A stretch of DNA of 63,878 nucleotides, the filler included, from Chiloscyllium plagiosum (lineage: Eukaryota): assembly GCF_004010195.1 (NCBI RefSeq). It is 5 parts of one record of this genome, joined end to end, with 100 filler letters (N's around TTAATTAATTAA, not from the genome) between each part and the next. Parts side by side here need not be neighbours in the genome. Positions count along the whole stretch, not along the records: positions 43,754 to 60,721 come from NC_057717.1; 4 more parts are not named here. One strand, given 5' to 3'. The position numbers were made by a program, and so were the translations under genes. The notes under the pieces were generated by a model. That model ran no database searches, was not told the origin of the DNA, and worked only from the letters and a program-made list of their open reading frames with translations. This document shows, in pieces, positions 49,455 through 60,821 of the stretch (within the stretch, counting starts at the first letter, position 1; each line of letters starts with the position of its first letter).

Positions 49455-52155
49455 TAAATTGGTATTTTTTTGTTTGTTAGTGGAATTTACGAGTTCTCTG
49501 TCGCTCACGTTTTAACAGATTATGATGCAAGGTAAGCTTTTCTGGGTGTGTAGTTTTAATTAACAGAGGGATTCGACATTGATGTCATAACAGTTTGCGG
49601 CCTTGCCTTGTGGGATATGGACATATTTGAACAGATTTGGGGTACAAAAGGTCCCAGCAAATTCCAACGCATTGCAATTAGTGACCTAGATCTTCAAATA
49701 AAACCGGTGGGAAAATTCGTTTAATTTTCTTACTTGTGGTTGGTTAAATTAAAAGTGAGGGAAATGGCTTTTAACATTACTAAAGAGGTTCCCACATTTT
49801 CCAAGGAAGTTTAGAAAGACAGGAGGAGGACATTTTTAAGGATTATCAATTAGGTTGGAATTGGGTTTAACCAGGGAGAATAGGGAAGCTGAATGGAGTT
49901 GGTAAAGCACTTTGATGTATCAGAGAAATAGGCAACTGCAGTAGAGTTAGAAAAACATAAATTCGTAAATGTGGCAACTGGAGTTAGAAGATAAATAAAG
50001 GGATGGAAACAGAGAGAGAAGAAAGAGAAAGAGAGGAAAAAGAAAGAGAGGGAGGATTTGAAATTCAGAAGTTGGGAATTAGACAAGAAAGTTAAATTAA
50101 CAGGATGGAGATGAAGGGAGAACATGGGAATGTATACAACTAGGTTAGTAACTTGCCATATTTTGGTGAGAAAAACGTCAAAACCTTTTTTTATTTCAAT
50201 TGAAAAAATGGCTAGGCAGATGACGTGTCCAGTGAACTTGTGGGTAATGCTAGTTCAGACTAAGCTGGTGGGCACAGCTGGTGAGGTATGTGCAGCGCTA
50301 TCAGATAAGGGGTCAAGAGATTATCAAGATGTCAAATTGGCTATTTTGATTGGTTATGAATTGGTGCTAGAAGCATATAGAAAGAAGTTCAGAAAAATAG
50401 AGACGGAACCAGGTCAGACTTATATTGAGTTTGAAAGAATTAACCACAGTCATTTTGATAGGTGGGTGCTGGCCTTAAAAATGAATAAGACCTGTGAGGC
50501 TTGAAGGGAGATTAATCTGCTGGAGAAGTTAAAAGACTCACTTCCAGAGATGGTACAAATTCATGTGAATTTACAGAAAGTTCAAGAAGTGAGAAGGGCA
50601 GCAGACATGGCAGGTAAATATGCATTGGGGCATGAGATGATATTTAGCTTCTGGCAGGATTTTCATCCTGTGAGGGATAGAAATTGGGAGAAGGGAAGAT
50701 CACACATTACAAAGTGAACAGTAGCGCACAATAGTTCACCACAGGTGAAGAACGAAGCCGAAGGGGGTTGAAAGGTGGCGAAAGCCCTCAGGTGTTGTCA
50801 CTATAAGGGAGTGGAACACATAAAATTAGAGTGCTGGTGGTTTAAGAAGGGCACAGGGAAAAAGTTGTTTTCACTGCAGTAAGCTGGGACACACCGTGCT
50901 GGGCGTTAAAGGAAGACACTTTGGGGAAAGATGTGGTAGAAGAGGCTAAGCCCAGTGGCATTAGTGAAACTGGCAAAGGAGACCCCAAGTGGAGCCGAAG
51001 AGTTGCAGGATATTGCACAGCCTAGGCAAGGGCTGGGTATGGAGGCAGTGCCTGATCTCTCTAAAGATTACACCTCTGTAGATAAAGTTTACTCAGAAAG
51101 AACAGGGGGAGAAGGACAAGAAGTTTTAATTTTGTGAGATACGGGATCTACTCAGTTTCTAATAGTTGAGAAGTGAGGCGCCGGAAAAGCACAGCAGATC
51201 AGGCAGCATCCAAACAGCAGGACAATCGAATATCAGGCAGAAACCCATCGTCAGGAACATGGTGGGGGGACAAGGGGGCTGAAAGATAAAAACGAGGGTA
51301 GTAGCTGAACTGGTGGGAGGGTCAATGGGAAGGCAATAAGAAGATGTAGGTGGGAGTGATAGTGATATGTCGGAGGGTAGGGTGGAGTCGATAGATGGAA
51401 ANNNNNNNNNNNNNNNNNNNNNNNCAGCTCCACCCCCACCCTCCCATTTATTTCTCAACCTCCTTCCCCCTCCCTTACCTCCCACGTTCCTGATGAAGCA
51501 TTTATGCCTGAAACGTGAACGCTCCTGCCCCTCGGATGCTGCTGACGTGCTGTGCTTTTCCAGCCCCACCCTTTTCAACTCTCATCTCCAGCATCTGCAG
51601 CCCTCACTTTCTCTCACCCTCTAATAGTAAGAGATGAAAGTTTTTTTTCACTCTTTCTGGCATGTTTATCAAGAGCGTGTTAATTTGTGGAATGGTGACA
51701 GAAATTAAGCATTCCCTTGTGTAACATCAGGATGGAATGCCAAATCAAGATTAGGGAAGTAACAGTGACAGTGAGTAACAGAGTGACAGTTCCAGGAATA
51801 CAGTTTGTTCTTGGGAACGAGTTAGCAGGAGGCGAGGTGCGATAGGAACTCCTTGTGGTGGAGAAGCCAAAGGAAGACTAGGGAATTGGTGAGTTAAAAG
51901 AAAATTACCCAGGAATATTTCCAGACTGTATAGTAACAAGATCCCACTGTCATAAGTTACAGCAGGAAGGAAAAACGAACGAAAAAGACAAATGGGTTGA
52001 TGCTCAGTGAACTGACACACTGTTTGAACCTGAACAGGCAGAGGATCAGGCAAAGGTGTTTCGTCCTGAAAGGCTAATGGACTTACAACAGATATATACA
52101 CACACATTCAAACACACATACACATGATCACACAGAAAAGGAATCAGAATATGTC
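49455..52155 (+). mobile_element. Gypsy (Gmr1-like) 5' part: LTR end, gag, protease; inverted paralog of 15850-18636
   Basis: LTR end ...cataaCA at 49592; gag FFISIEKMARQM..WVMLVQTKLVGTA..YQDVKLAIL..YELV.EAYRKKFR..GQTYIEF; protease IL*DTGSTQ at 51132-51155; ends at a 500-N gap. Confidence 0.85.
51167..51619. mobile_element. Penelope-like element with inverted termini nested in the Gypsy protease
   Basis: 9-bp TSD tctaatagt at 51158-51166 and 51620-51628. Confidence 0.85.
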
Positions 52156-52655
52156 NNNNNNNNNNNNNNNNNNNNNNNNNNNNNNNNNNNNNNNNNNNNN
52201 NNNNNNNNNNNNNNNNNNNNNNNNNNNNNNNNNNNNNNNNNNNNNNNNNNNNNNNNNNNNNNNNNNNNNNNNNNNNNNNNNNNNNNNNNNNNNNNNNNNN
52301 NNNNNNNNNNNNNNNNNNNNNNNNNNNNNNNNNNNNNNNNNNNNNNNNNNNNNNNNNNNNNNNNNNNNNNNNNNNNNNNNNNNNNNNNNNNNNNNNNNNN
52401 NNNNNNNNNNNNNNNNNNNNNNNNNNNNNNNNNNNNNNNNNNNNNNNNNNNNNNNNNNNNNNNNNNNNNNNNNNNNNNNNNNNNNNNNNNNNNNNNNNNN
52501 NNNNNNNNNNNNNNNNNNNNNNNNNNNNNNNNNNNNNNNNNNNNNNNNNNNNNNNNNNNNNNNNNNNNNNNNNNNNNNNNNNNNNNNNNNNNNNNNNNNN
52601 NNNNNNNNNNNNNNNNNNNNNNNNNNNNNNNNNNNNNNNNNNNNNNNNNNNNNNN

Positions 52656-55600
52656 TCCCTATTTTCTCCAGTAGTTTCCTTATAAGTGATCTTATACTCG
52701 CTCGTCTAAACTTCCCTAGTCTATCTCTCCCACCCTTACTGTGAAGTGGAATTGTGTTAGCACTTCTCCAGTTCTCTGGCACCTCCCCTATGGTCAGATT
52801 CTAATTAAAATATTCAGTCAGGGTCTTTCCTCATTTGACCCCAACAGCCGCCTGTGATACAACTCATTCAGACATGGAGATTGGTCCAAATTTGTACAGA
52901 ACATACCTCAAATCCAATCTCGTATTTTACATCAATCTGTTCAAGAGCTTCCCCGTCCACCTTCTTGAATTCTGTACCTGCATCCTCCTTCTCCCAAGTA
53001 AAATAGATGTGAAGGTCTCATGTAACAATCCATCAATGTTCTACAGCTTGACAACAGATTGCCCCTTTGGTTTCTAATGGACACTAACTGTTTCCTGATT
53101 ATTCTGTTCGACTTGGCCGTGTAGAATATCGTGGGATTCTCCCTTATCCCGCCTACTTGTACTTCTCCATGTCCCTCTGTTATTCAGTCCTTTCGATGTT
53201 TCTAAGATTCACTACAATCACCTCTCATGTTTTGAAACTCGAGATTACAGGCTGAGGTTCCCAGTCAGACAATCTTGCCATTTTACGGATTAATCTGGAT
53301 AATACCTTTTAAAGTTCCTCTGTAGTCAATATATTCTTTCTTAGTTCGGGACTCCGAAGGGTACACAATATTCTAAGTTTAGTCTCACCAACGCTCGATG
53401 TAACTGGTGCACGACATCCTCTATCTTCCAATTACCTTCACATGAATGTAAACCGAATTTTTACTTTCCCATTTGCATATGTTATTCCCAATACCTCTCG
53501 GTTTAACTTTTCTAATGAACTTACAGTGTGAGTTCTTTATAAAAAGCTCATGAATATCCAACTATACGTTATCCAATGGTTCAGCATTGCCTATGTCCAC
53601 AAGAACCATCTTCAAACCATTCCAAAACAATGTTTGCCACTTCTGGTTTTCCTTTCATCGGTACATTCTCACACTCCCCAGTTATGTTATTACCTTCTAA
53701 ATATCTAGTAGCATGTTCTTTGTAATCGAGTCCACCAGATACCTGACTGCGGATGACAAGATAACTGGTCTGTAGTTCACCATTCTCCAAATTCATCCTT
53801 TCTTAAACTGTTGGATAATATTTATAACCTTTGCCTTGTCCAGATTGGCTAAATTACTTTCGGGAATGTGTCTGAAAATAAAGTGAAAATCCTCGATGCA
53901 ATGAACATGTCTATTGCTGCTTCTTCTGAAATTTTTGTATGATGTGCATCTCGTCTGTCTGATTAATAAATACTCAATCCAGCTTTCTTTTCAAAGATGA
54001 CCTCAACATTGATAAGAATGATCTTAGGCTTTACTTACACAAGTCCCATTGTCACTTGGTATTTCTGGAAGAATTTCTGGACATTCTTCCATGAAGATAG
54101 ACACAAAGAAACTGTTTCTTTTCCCTGCAATTTCTCTGTTCTCTGCAATAAATCATCCTGAACGCGCAGCAACTGTTCCACATTTGACCCTATTTTTATT
54201 TTTTTTCATACATTGATAGACGCTTCTTAGCAGTCTTTATGTTTTTCTTTCGTTTGCACGCTGTTTCGCTTTTTGATTTTCTTCTCAGTTTCTTGATCAT
54301 CCTTTGCTGGGTCCTACATTTCTCTGAATCCACTGGCTTACTGCAACACTTGGCATTTTTTTAAGCTGCCTCGTTCCCTACTAGGTAGATGAAGGTGGGG
54401 TTGAAAGTGATAGTCGGAGAGGAGGGTGGACCAGAATGATAGGGAGGAAGGTGGACACATAGGAACTTTCAAAAGGGCTGTGCTGACTTTGAAGTTTGGA
54501 GTGGGATAAGGTGGGATTAGGGGAAATGGTGAAATCCACTATCACCCCCTGTGGTTGGAGGGTCCCAAGGCAGAAGAGGAGGCTTTCTTCCTCCAGGCTT
54601 CTGGTGGCTCAGGTTTGGTGATGGAGCAGGTCCAGGACCCTCATGCCCTGGGCAGAGTGGGAAGGGGTGTTAAAGTGCTCAGCCACAAGGCGATGGAGTT
54701 GTTCAATGTGGCTGTCCCAGAGGTGTTCTCTGAAATGATCCACAAGTTGACCTCCTGCCTGCCCGAAACATCGATTTATCTGCTGTAAGTGTGCTGCCTG
54801 ACTGTGATTTTCCTGCACCACAATCTTCGACTCTGATCTCCAGATTTGTAATCCCCACTTTCGCCTCACACTTTCATGGCTTGCATGACTCAGATTTTTC
54901 ACGGTTGCTTCAAATAAAACAAAAACTGCCGTGTACTCAAACAGCATAAAAGAAAACCAATACATTGTGATCACTGTTCCCAAAAGGTCCTTTCCAGCAA
55001 AAGTTTCAATTAGCTCTTCTGATCACTCAACACCATTTCCTAAATAACCTGATCTTGAGCTCAGTGCTTGACATAATGTTCATGTAAACCATCTCACACG
55101 TGGTCATGACATCCATTTTTCCCAGCATGAGCATTCAATTGGGTTAACACAGTTTATATGTAATTTAAGCAGGACATTATTACTGAAGTACCCACCAATG
55201 TGTATATCTCATTTACTGTTTAATAACACGCCCAACATTTGTACTGCAGCTTTCACTTTGATATATAACTCCCATCAATGTTTGCTCCTCCTTGCTGTTT
55301 TTGCGCTCCACCTTACTAGATTCTGTGGAATCTGAGCAACGTCGGCTCTGGGGAGATTAATGGCAGAGACCATTTCACTACATCATTTATGATCTTCTCA
55401 AACTTTAATTTCTCCAGATATCCCGTTATATCGATGGAGTAGAGAAGGACAATGATCTTCCAACAATGTTCTGTATTCCCCCAGAGAGCTGAGACAGCTC
55501 TAACCTGGGTGGGAACTTTACAGCAGGCTGGTAAAGTGTTGCTGCTGCTGTACATTGAGATCACATCTGGAGTAGGGTGTACAGAGTTAGCCTCTTCTAT

Positions 55601-57113
55601 GAAGATAGAATGTTGTTATATTGGAAGCAGCTCAGAGATGGTTCCCTCAACTGATTCCTGCAATGACGGTGCTAGCTTATAACGAAAGGATGATCAGGTT
55701 GACCCAGTAGCCATTGGAGTTTACAAAAATCAAAGATGAACTTATTTGAACATAGATGACAGAAGGAGTTAACAAGTGAAGTGAATTACACAGCTAGTGG
55801 AGGAATCCATTCCGTTCTCCAGCCTGTTACACAGGAACAACAGGAGGATATTCAGGCCTTCGACCCTGTTACACCAAAACAGGACGAGGCTAGTCAGCCC
55901 CTGGAGCCTGACATACATTTACAGAAGGAGGCCAATCAGCCACTCGAGTCTATAATAGTAGGTCATGCTGCACCAGTATCCTGTTAAACAGCAACAGGAT
56001 CAGTCCATTCAGCCTCCTCAAGTCTGTAACATAGGAACTGGAAGAGGTCACACAGTGACTGGAGATTGTTACTTGGGATAACAGGAGGCCATTCAGACCC
56101 ACCGAGCCTATTGCAAGGGGTTTGGATAAGGATAAAAACTATCTGAGACTTCTTTCATGATAAAGGAAGAGTTAATTTAGACACGTGTCTGTTGTATGGG
56201 AAGAAGAGAAGTCCAATCAATCCCTCGGTCCCATCTCCGGGATACATGAGAAGACTGTTCAGTATATCCACCTGTTATGGAGAAGTATGAGAAGACCCAT
56301 CAGCCCCTCAAAATGTTACCCAGCAACAGGAAGATTCCATAATCTCCCAATCCTCTAACACAGCAACAGGAGGAGGTCATTCTGGCCTTGGAAATGGCAA
56401 CATGGGAACACCAGAAAGACGTCAGCCCATCGATATTGTACACCAGCAGGATGATGAGTCCATTCAGTCACACATGGCTCTTACTCAATTGGAGCAGATC
56501 TCTTAAAGCCTTGTGCCCATTAAACAGAAATTTAAAGAAAACGTGAAGTTTTCGAAAGGGAATAACTTATAATAATGTTATACGTGCAACTATAAATTGT
56601 TGTAATTTAAGGCAAATTTTTAGAGTCCATTGTTCAGGACATTTGCAAACTCAAACCACAACTCGTCAGAGTCAACATGGTTTTACGCGGGCTAAATCGT
56701 GTTTGAATTGTTTGCTTGAGTTATTTGAATATGTCACAAACAAGGTGGTTAGTGGGAATCCTGGAGATGGAACATATCTGGTCTTCCTGAAAGCATCGGA
56801 TATGTCGCTTCTCCAAAGAGTTAATGGCAAGATCAGACAACATGGGTTTAGTAGTAATTTATTAGCTTGGATGGAGGATTGGTTATCCAACAAAATGGAG
56901 TCAGGTGGAATAAATGTGTCATTTTCTTTTGGCAAATGCAGTTTGAGCCATTGATTTCAGTTCTCATGCCTCAACCATTTGCAATCACTGGTATTACTGT
57001 ACTCGGTTGACGGGAGAGAAAATACAATGCCACATTTTCAGATGACACTAACATCGGTGGGAAATTACTTCGGAATGATGATGCAAGAGATTTTTAAAAC
57101 ATATGGATAGGTT
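52656..57113. repeat. right arm of inverted segmental duplication (partner 37958-42654)
   Basis: as above; roughly 90% identity by eye. Confidence 0.92.
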
Positions 57114-57903
57114 GGATGAATGGGCCAATATTTACCAAGGAAAATTAAAGTGAATAAATATGGGGCTATTCACGTTGGCCAGTATAAAAGAATGACAAAT
57201 TATTATCTAAATGGAGAGAAAGATCAAAGTGCTTAGGTCCAGAGGGATCTGGGTGCCTGCTTGCATATCACAGAAAACCTGCCTGTGGGTACTGCAAGTA
57301 ATGAGGAATGCAAGCATAATTTCAGTGTTTATTTATAAAGGGATAGAGTAGAAAGGTAGGGAGTGTTGCTGTAGCTATGCAAGGCATTAGTGACGCTGCA
57401 ACTGGAGTACAGTTTGGGTGTCCTGCAGAATGAGGTATTTCCATTGGAGGCAATTCAGAAGAGTTTCGTTAGATTGATACCATATTTGAAGTGTTTGTCT
57501 TATGAAGAGTAATTGAGCAGTTTAGTTCTATACTCTCCACTTTATAAGAATAAAAGGAGATCTCATTGAGGTCTGTAAAATGCTAAAAGTAATTGAAAAT
57601 GTAGATGTGAAGTGGATTTTTTTTCATGTGGCACAATCTACAACAAGAGACTAGAGTTTTACGAATGAGAGATGGCAGGAATGTGGAACAGAGGCCGCGT
57701 TGACATCAACCTAATCGAGGGGTTAGATTCCTCACAAATGCTCCTTGTTCTTCTTCAACTCTTCGACTGTGTAGCCCAGGAATGGGGGAGGACTGGGTAT
57801 CATACAGGAAGCAGGAACTCAGGATAAATCATTTAGAGAGAACGTAACTAGTAGGGTCACACAGTGACCAGCACTGGATTCTGAGATATTTACAGTCTAT
57901 ATT

Positions 57904-58214
57904 GCGGGCGGCACGGTGGCACAGTGGTTAGCACTGCTGCCTCACAGCGCCAGAGACCCGGGTTCAATTCCCGCATCAGGCGACTGACTGTGTGGAGTTT
58001 GCACGTTCTCCCCGTGTCTGCGTGGGTTTCCTCCGGGTGCTCCGGTTTCCTCCCACAGTCCAAAGATGTGCGGGTCAGGTGAATTGGTGATGCTAAATTG
58101 CCCGTAGTGTTAGGTAAGGGGTACATCTGGGGTATGGGTGGGTTGCGCTTCGGCGGGGTGGTGTGGACTTGTTGGGCCGAAGGGCCTGTTTCCACACTGT
58201 AAGTAATCTAATCT
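57904..58214 (+). mobile_element. young full-length HE1/V-SINE-type tRNA-derived SINE
   Basis: A box TGGCACAGTGG, B box GGTTCAATTCC, V-domain-like ttctccccgtgtctgcgtgggtttcctccgggtgctccggtttcctcccacagtccaaaga, CR1-like tail gggccgaagggcctg, (aatct)n end, TSD tctatatt 57896-57903/58212-58219. Confidence 0.92.
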
Positions 58215-58279
58215 ATATTAATGATCAGGTGGATGGAACAGATATACAGATGCTGAGATTGGTGATGTCCATAGGGGTG

Positions 58280-59400
58280 GAAGTAAGGCCATTCGCCATT
58301 TAATCATGGTTGATGGGCATTTCAACTCCACCTACCCGCATTCTCCCCGTAGCCCTTTATTCCTTGTGACATCAAGCATTAATCAATCTCTGCCTTGAAG
58401 ACATTTAGCGTCCCAGCCTCCACTGCACTCCGTGGCAATGAATTCCACAGGCCCAGCACGCTCTGGCTGAAGAAATGTCTCCGCATTTCTGTTCTGAGTT
58501 TACCCTCTCTAATTCTAAGGCTGTCCCCACGGGTCCTAGTCTCCCCCCCTAACGGAAACAACTTCCAAGCGTCCACCCTTTCCAAGCCATGTATTATCTT
58601 GTAAGTTTCTATTAGATCTCCCCTTAACCTTCTAAACTCGAACGAATACAATCCCAGGATCCTCAGCCGTTCCTCGTATGTTAGACCTACCATTCCAGGG
58701 ATCATCCGTGTGAATCTCCGCTGGACACGCTCCAGTGCCTGTATGTCCCTCCTGAAGTGTGGGGCCCAAAACTGGACACAGTACTCCAAATGGGGCCGAA
58801 CCAGAACTTTATAAAGTCTCAGTAGCACATCGCTTCATTTATATTCCAACTCTTTTGAGATAAATGACAACATTGCATTCGCTTTCTTAATCACGGACTC
58901 AACCTGCACGTTTACCTTTAGAGAATTCTCGACTAGCACTTCCAGACACCTTTGTACTTTGGCTTTATGAATTTTCTCACCGTTTTGAAAGTAGTCCATG
59001 CTTATATTCGTTTTCCAATGTGCAAGACCTTGCATTTGCTCACATTGAATTCCATCAGCCATTTCCTGGACCACTCTCCCAAACTGTGTAGACCCTTCTA
59101 CAGCCTCCCCAGCTCAGTACTACCAGCCTGTCCACCTAACTTCGTATCATCGGCAAACTTCGCCAGAATTCCCCCTGTCCCATCATCCAGATAATTAATA
59201 TATAACGTGAATAGCTGCGGCCCCAAACACTGAAACCTGCGGGACACCACTTGTCACCGGCTGCCATTCCAAAAAAGAACCTTTTATCCCAACTCTCTGC
59301 CTTCTGTCAGATAGCCAATCCTCAATCCATGCCAGTAGCTCACCTCGAACACCATGGCCCCTCGCCTTATCAAAGGCCTTTCGGAAGGCTAGATCGGCCT
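58280..59400 (-). mobile_element. CR1 LINE 3' portion, relatively young
   Basis: LYKVLVRPHLEYCVQFWAPH..LERVQRRFTRMIPG..RGDLIETYKI..WNSLP; WIEDWLSDRRQRV..VTSGVPQ. Confidence 0.92.
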
Positions 59401-59429
59401 TTATCCAAGATATATTCATTTCTTTCTAC

Positions 59430-60116
59430 GTGGAGACCCGAAGATGATGGGAATGGCTGACTGCTTCTGAATGAAGAGGCAGTGGCTGCTGTCAGGACAG
59501 GGATATTCACCAACATGATGTACTGTGCATGGACACACTGTAACATTAATATATATATATAGAGAGAGAGCTCCTTCAGTTCCTCTACCTCTCCCCATTG
59601 ACATGGGGACTCTGCAGATGCCATGTCCACCATCAGGAATCCCACTATAAATGGATACACCCGGCAGCTTCCTGCTGAGGCAGAAACAATCTATTTACCT
59701 CACCCCCCATATATATCCTCCATCACTGAATGGTGACATTGTTGTTGAGATACTGGGAAATGATGGATATGTCTCCTAGTCCTGCCTGGAAAGTTCTGGA
59801 TCATAGAAGCTGAATGAAACAGTGACCCTAACAGCCACTGGCAGCACCATCCTCCCACTGGTGCGAAGCTGCAGGTCATGTTGAAGGAGGTGACACCATT
59901 CTATGACCAGCTCCTTGTTCAGTCAGGGTCCCCTCACACTCTGCTCCTGGGTTAAGTGAAGCTTGGGAAGCTGTTCCTGGAAAACCCGATGTGGATACAG
60001 CAGATCCCTTTCACCATATGCACTCACTGCGTGGTGTCAGAGCTTCCCCTCTCTGCAGTCTCTGCTCCATTTGTTGTTCATGTTACACATCCAGATGCTG
60101 TAACTACAGTCCCCAT
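59430..60116 (-). mobile_element. fossil PIF/Harbinger (HARBI1-like) DDE transposase
   Basis: across frameshifts: MGTV..YPHRVFQEQLPKLHLTQEQ..NKELVIEWCHLLQHDLQ..LPVAVRVTVSFSFY..FQAGLGDISIISQ..IVGF..PHVNGE..RN..INV..HAQYIMLVN..PDSSH..FIQKQSAIPIIF. Confidence 0.75.
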
Positions 60117-60249
60117 GCTCCATCCAGAATTGGGTCACCAAATCCTCAGGTCTCCGAGGCAGCTCACAGCACAACCTCCAGAAAACCATCCCCAGCCTCT
60201 CCACTAAATTTTCAATAACATGAGTCAGTCAGAAACCCCTCGGTACAAG

Positions 60250-60721
60250 TGTTGTGGACCAGACCAGATCCCCACAGAATGTTTTAAGAAGGCCGCTTAG
60301 ACTCTAATCTTTCCTTATTTTGAATATAGTTGTGAAGTGTGCGTTCCAGGTATGTTGTTACTGGTCAAACCACTCGACGTTGAGCAAAATATAATCTATT
60401 AAAATGCTTTAGTTAAAATACAATCAAAGAAAAGAACATTTTGGGATAACTTATATGTTGGAACACTTACACAAATAATAGATACCGTACCTACTTGGGT
60501 TACACCGCTTGGCACAAAGATATACTCAAATACAGATCCTTACAGCAGTTTTCCAATCCAGGAGGAAACAACATCAACAGAGATCTCAGAGAAAAACAGC
60601 TGGGGATCATGTATTGAAACTTCCAACCCTTCTGGGATCCCCAGCAGCTTCTGAGTGATGCAGCTAAAAACAAAACGAGGAAACCTGGTCTGGGAGAGCT
60701 GGCCACTGCCCTCCCATCGTT
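60250..60721. mobile_element. LTR (same family as 9575-10218), truncated by gap
   Basis: TG start; shared blocks gactctaat..ttatttt, ctggtcaaac.actc, gagagctggccac. Confidence 0.65.
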
Positions 60722-60821
60722 NNNNNNNNNNNNNNNNNNNNNNNNNNNNNNNNNNNNNNNNNNNNTTAATTAATTAANNNNNNNNNNNNNNNNNNNNNNN
60801 NNNNNNNNNNNNNNNNNNNNN

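Noticed and set aside
49593..49616. Primer-binding site after the 5' LTR
   Set aside because: Correct position but too degenerate to assign a tRNA
50124..50504. Domesticated SCAN/gag host gene
   Set aside because: Flanked by stops and frameshifts inside a decayed LTR element; no sign of preserved frame
52124..52782. Longest ORFs (206 and 212 aa)
   Set aside because: Open only because they cross a 500-N gap
57904..57985. tRNA gene
   Set aside because: It is the tRNA-derived head of a SINE, continuing into SINE body, tail and TSD
59416..59604. Cys/His-rich exon with ttacag acceptor (VCPCTVHHVGEYPCPDSSHC)
   Set aside because: Better explained as frameshifted Harbinger transposase sequence
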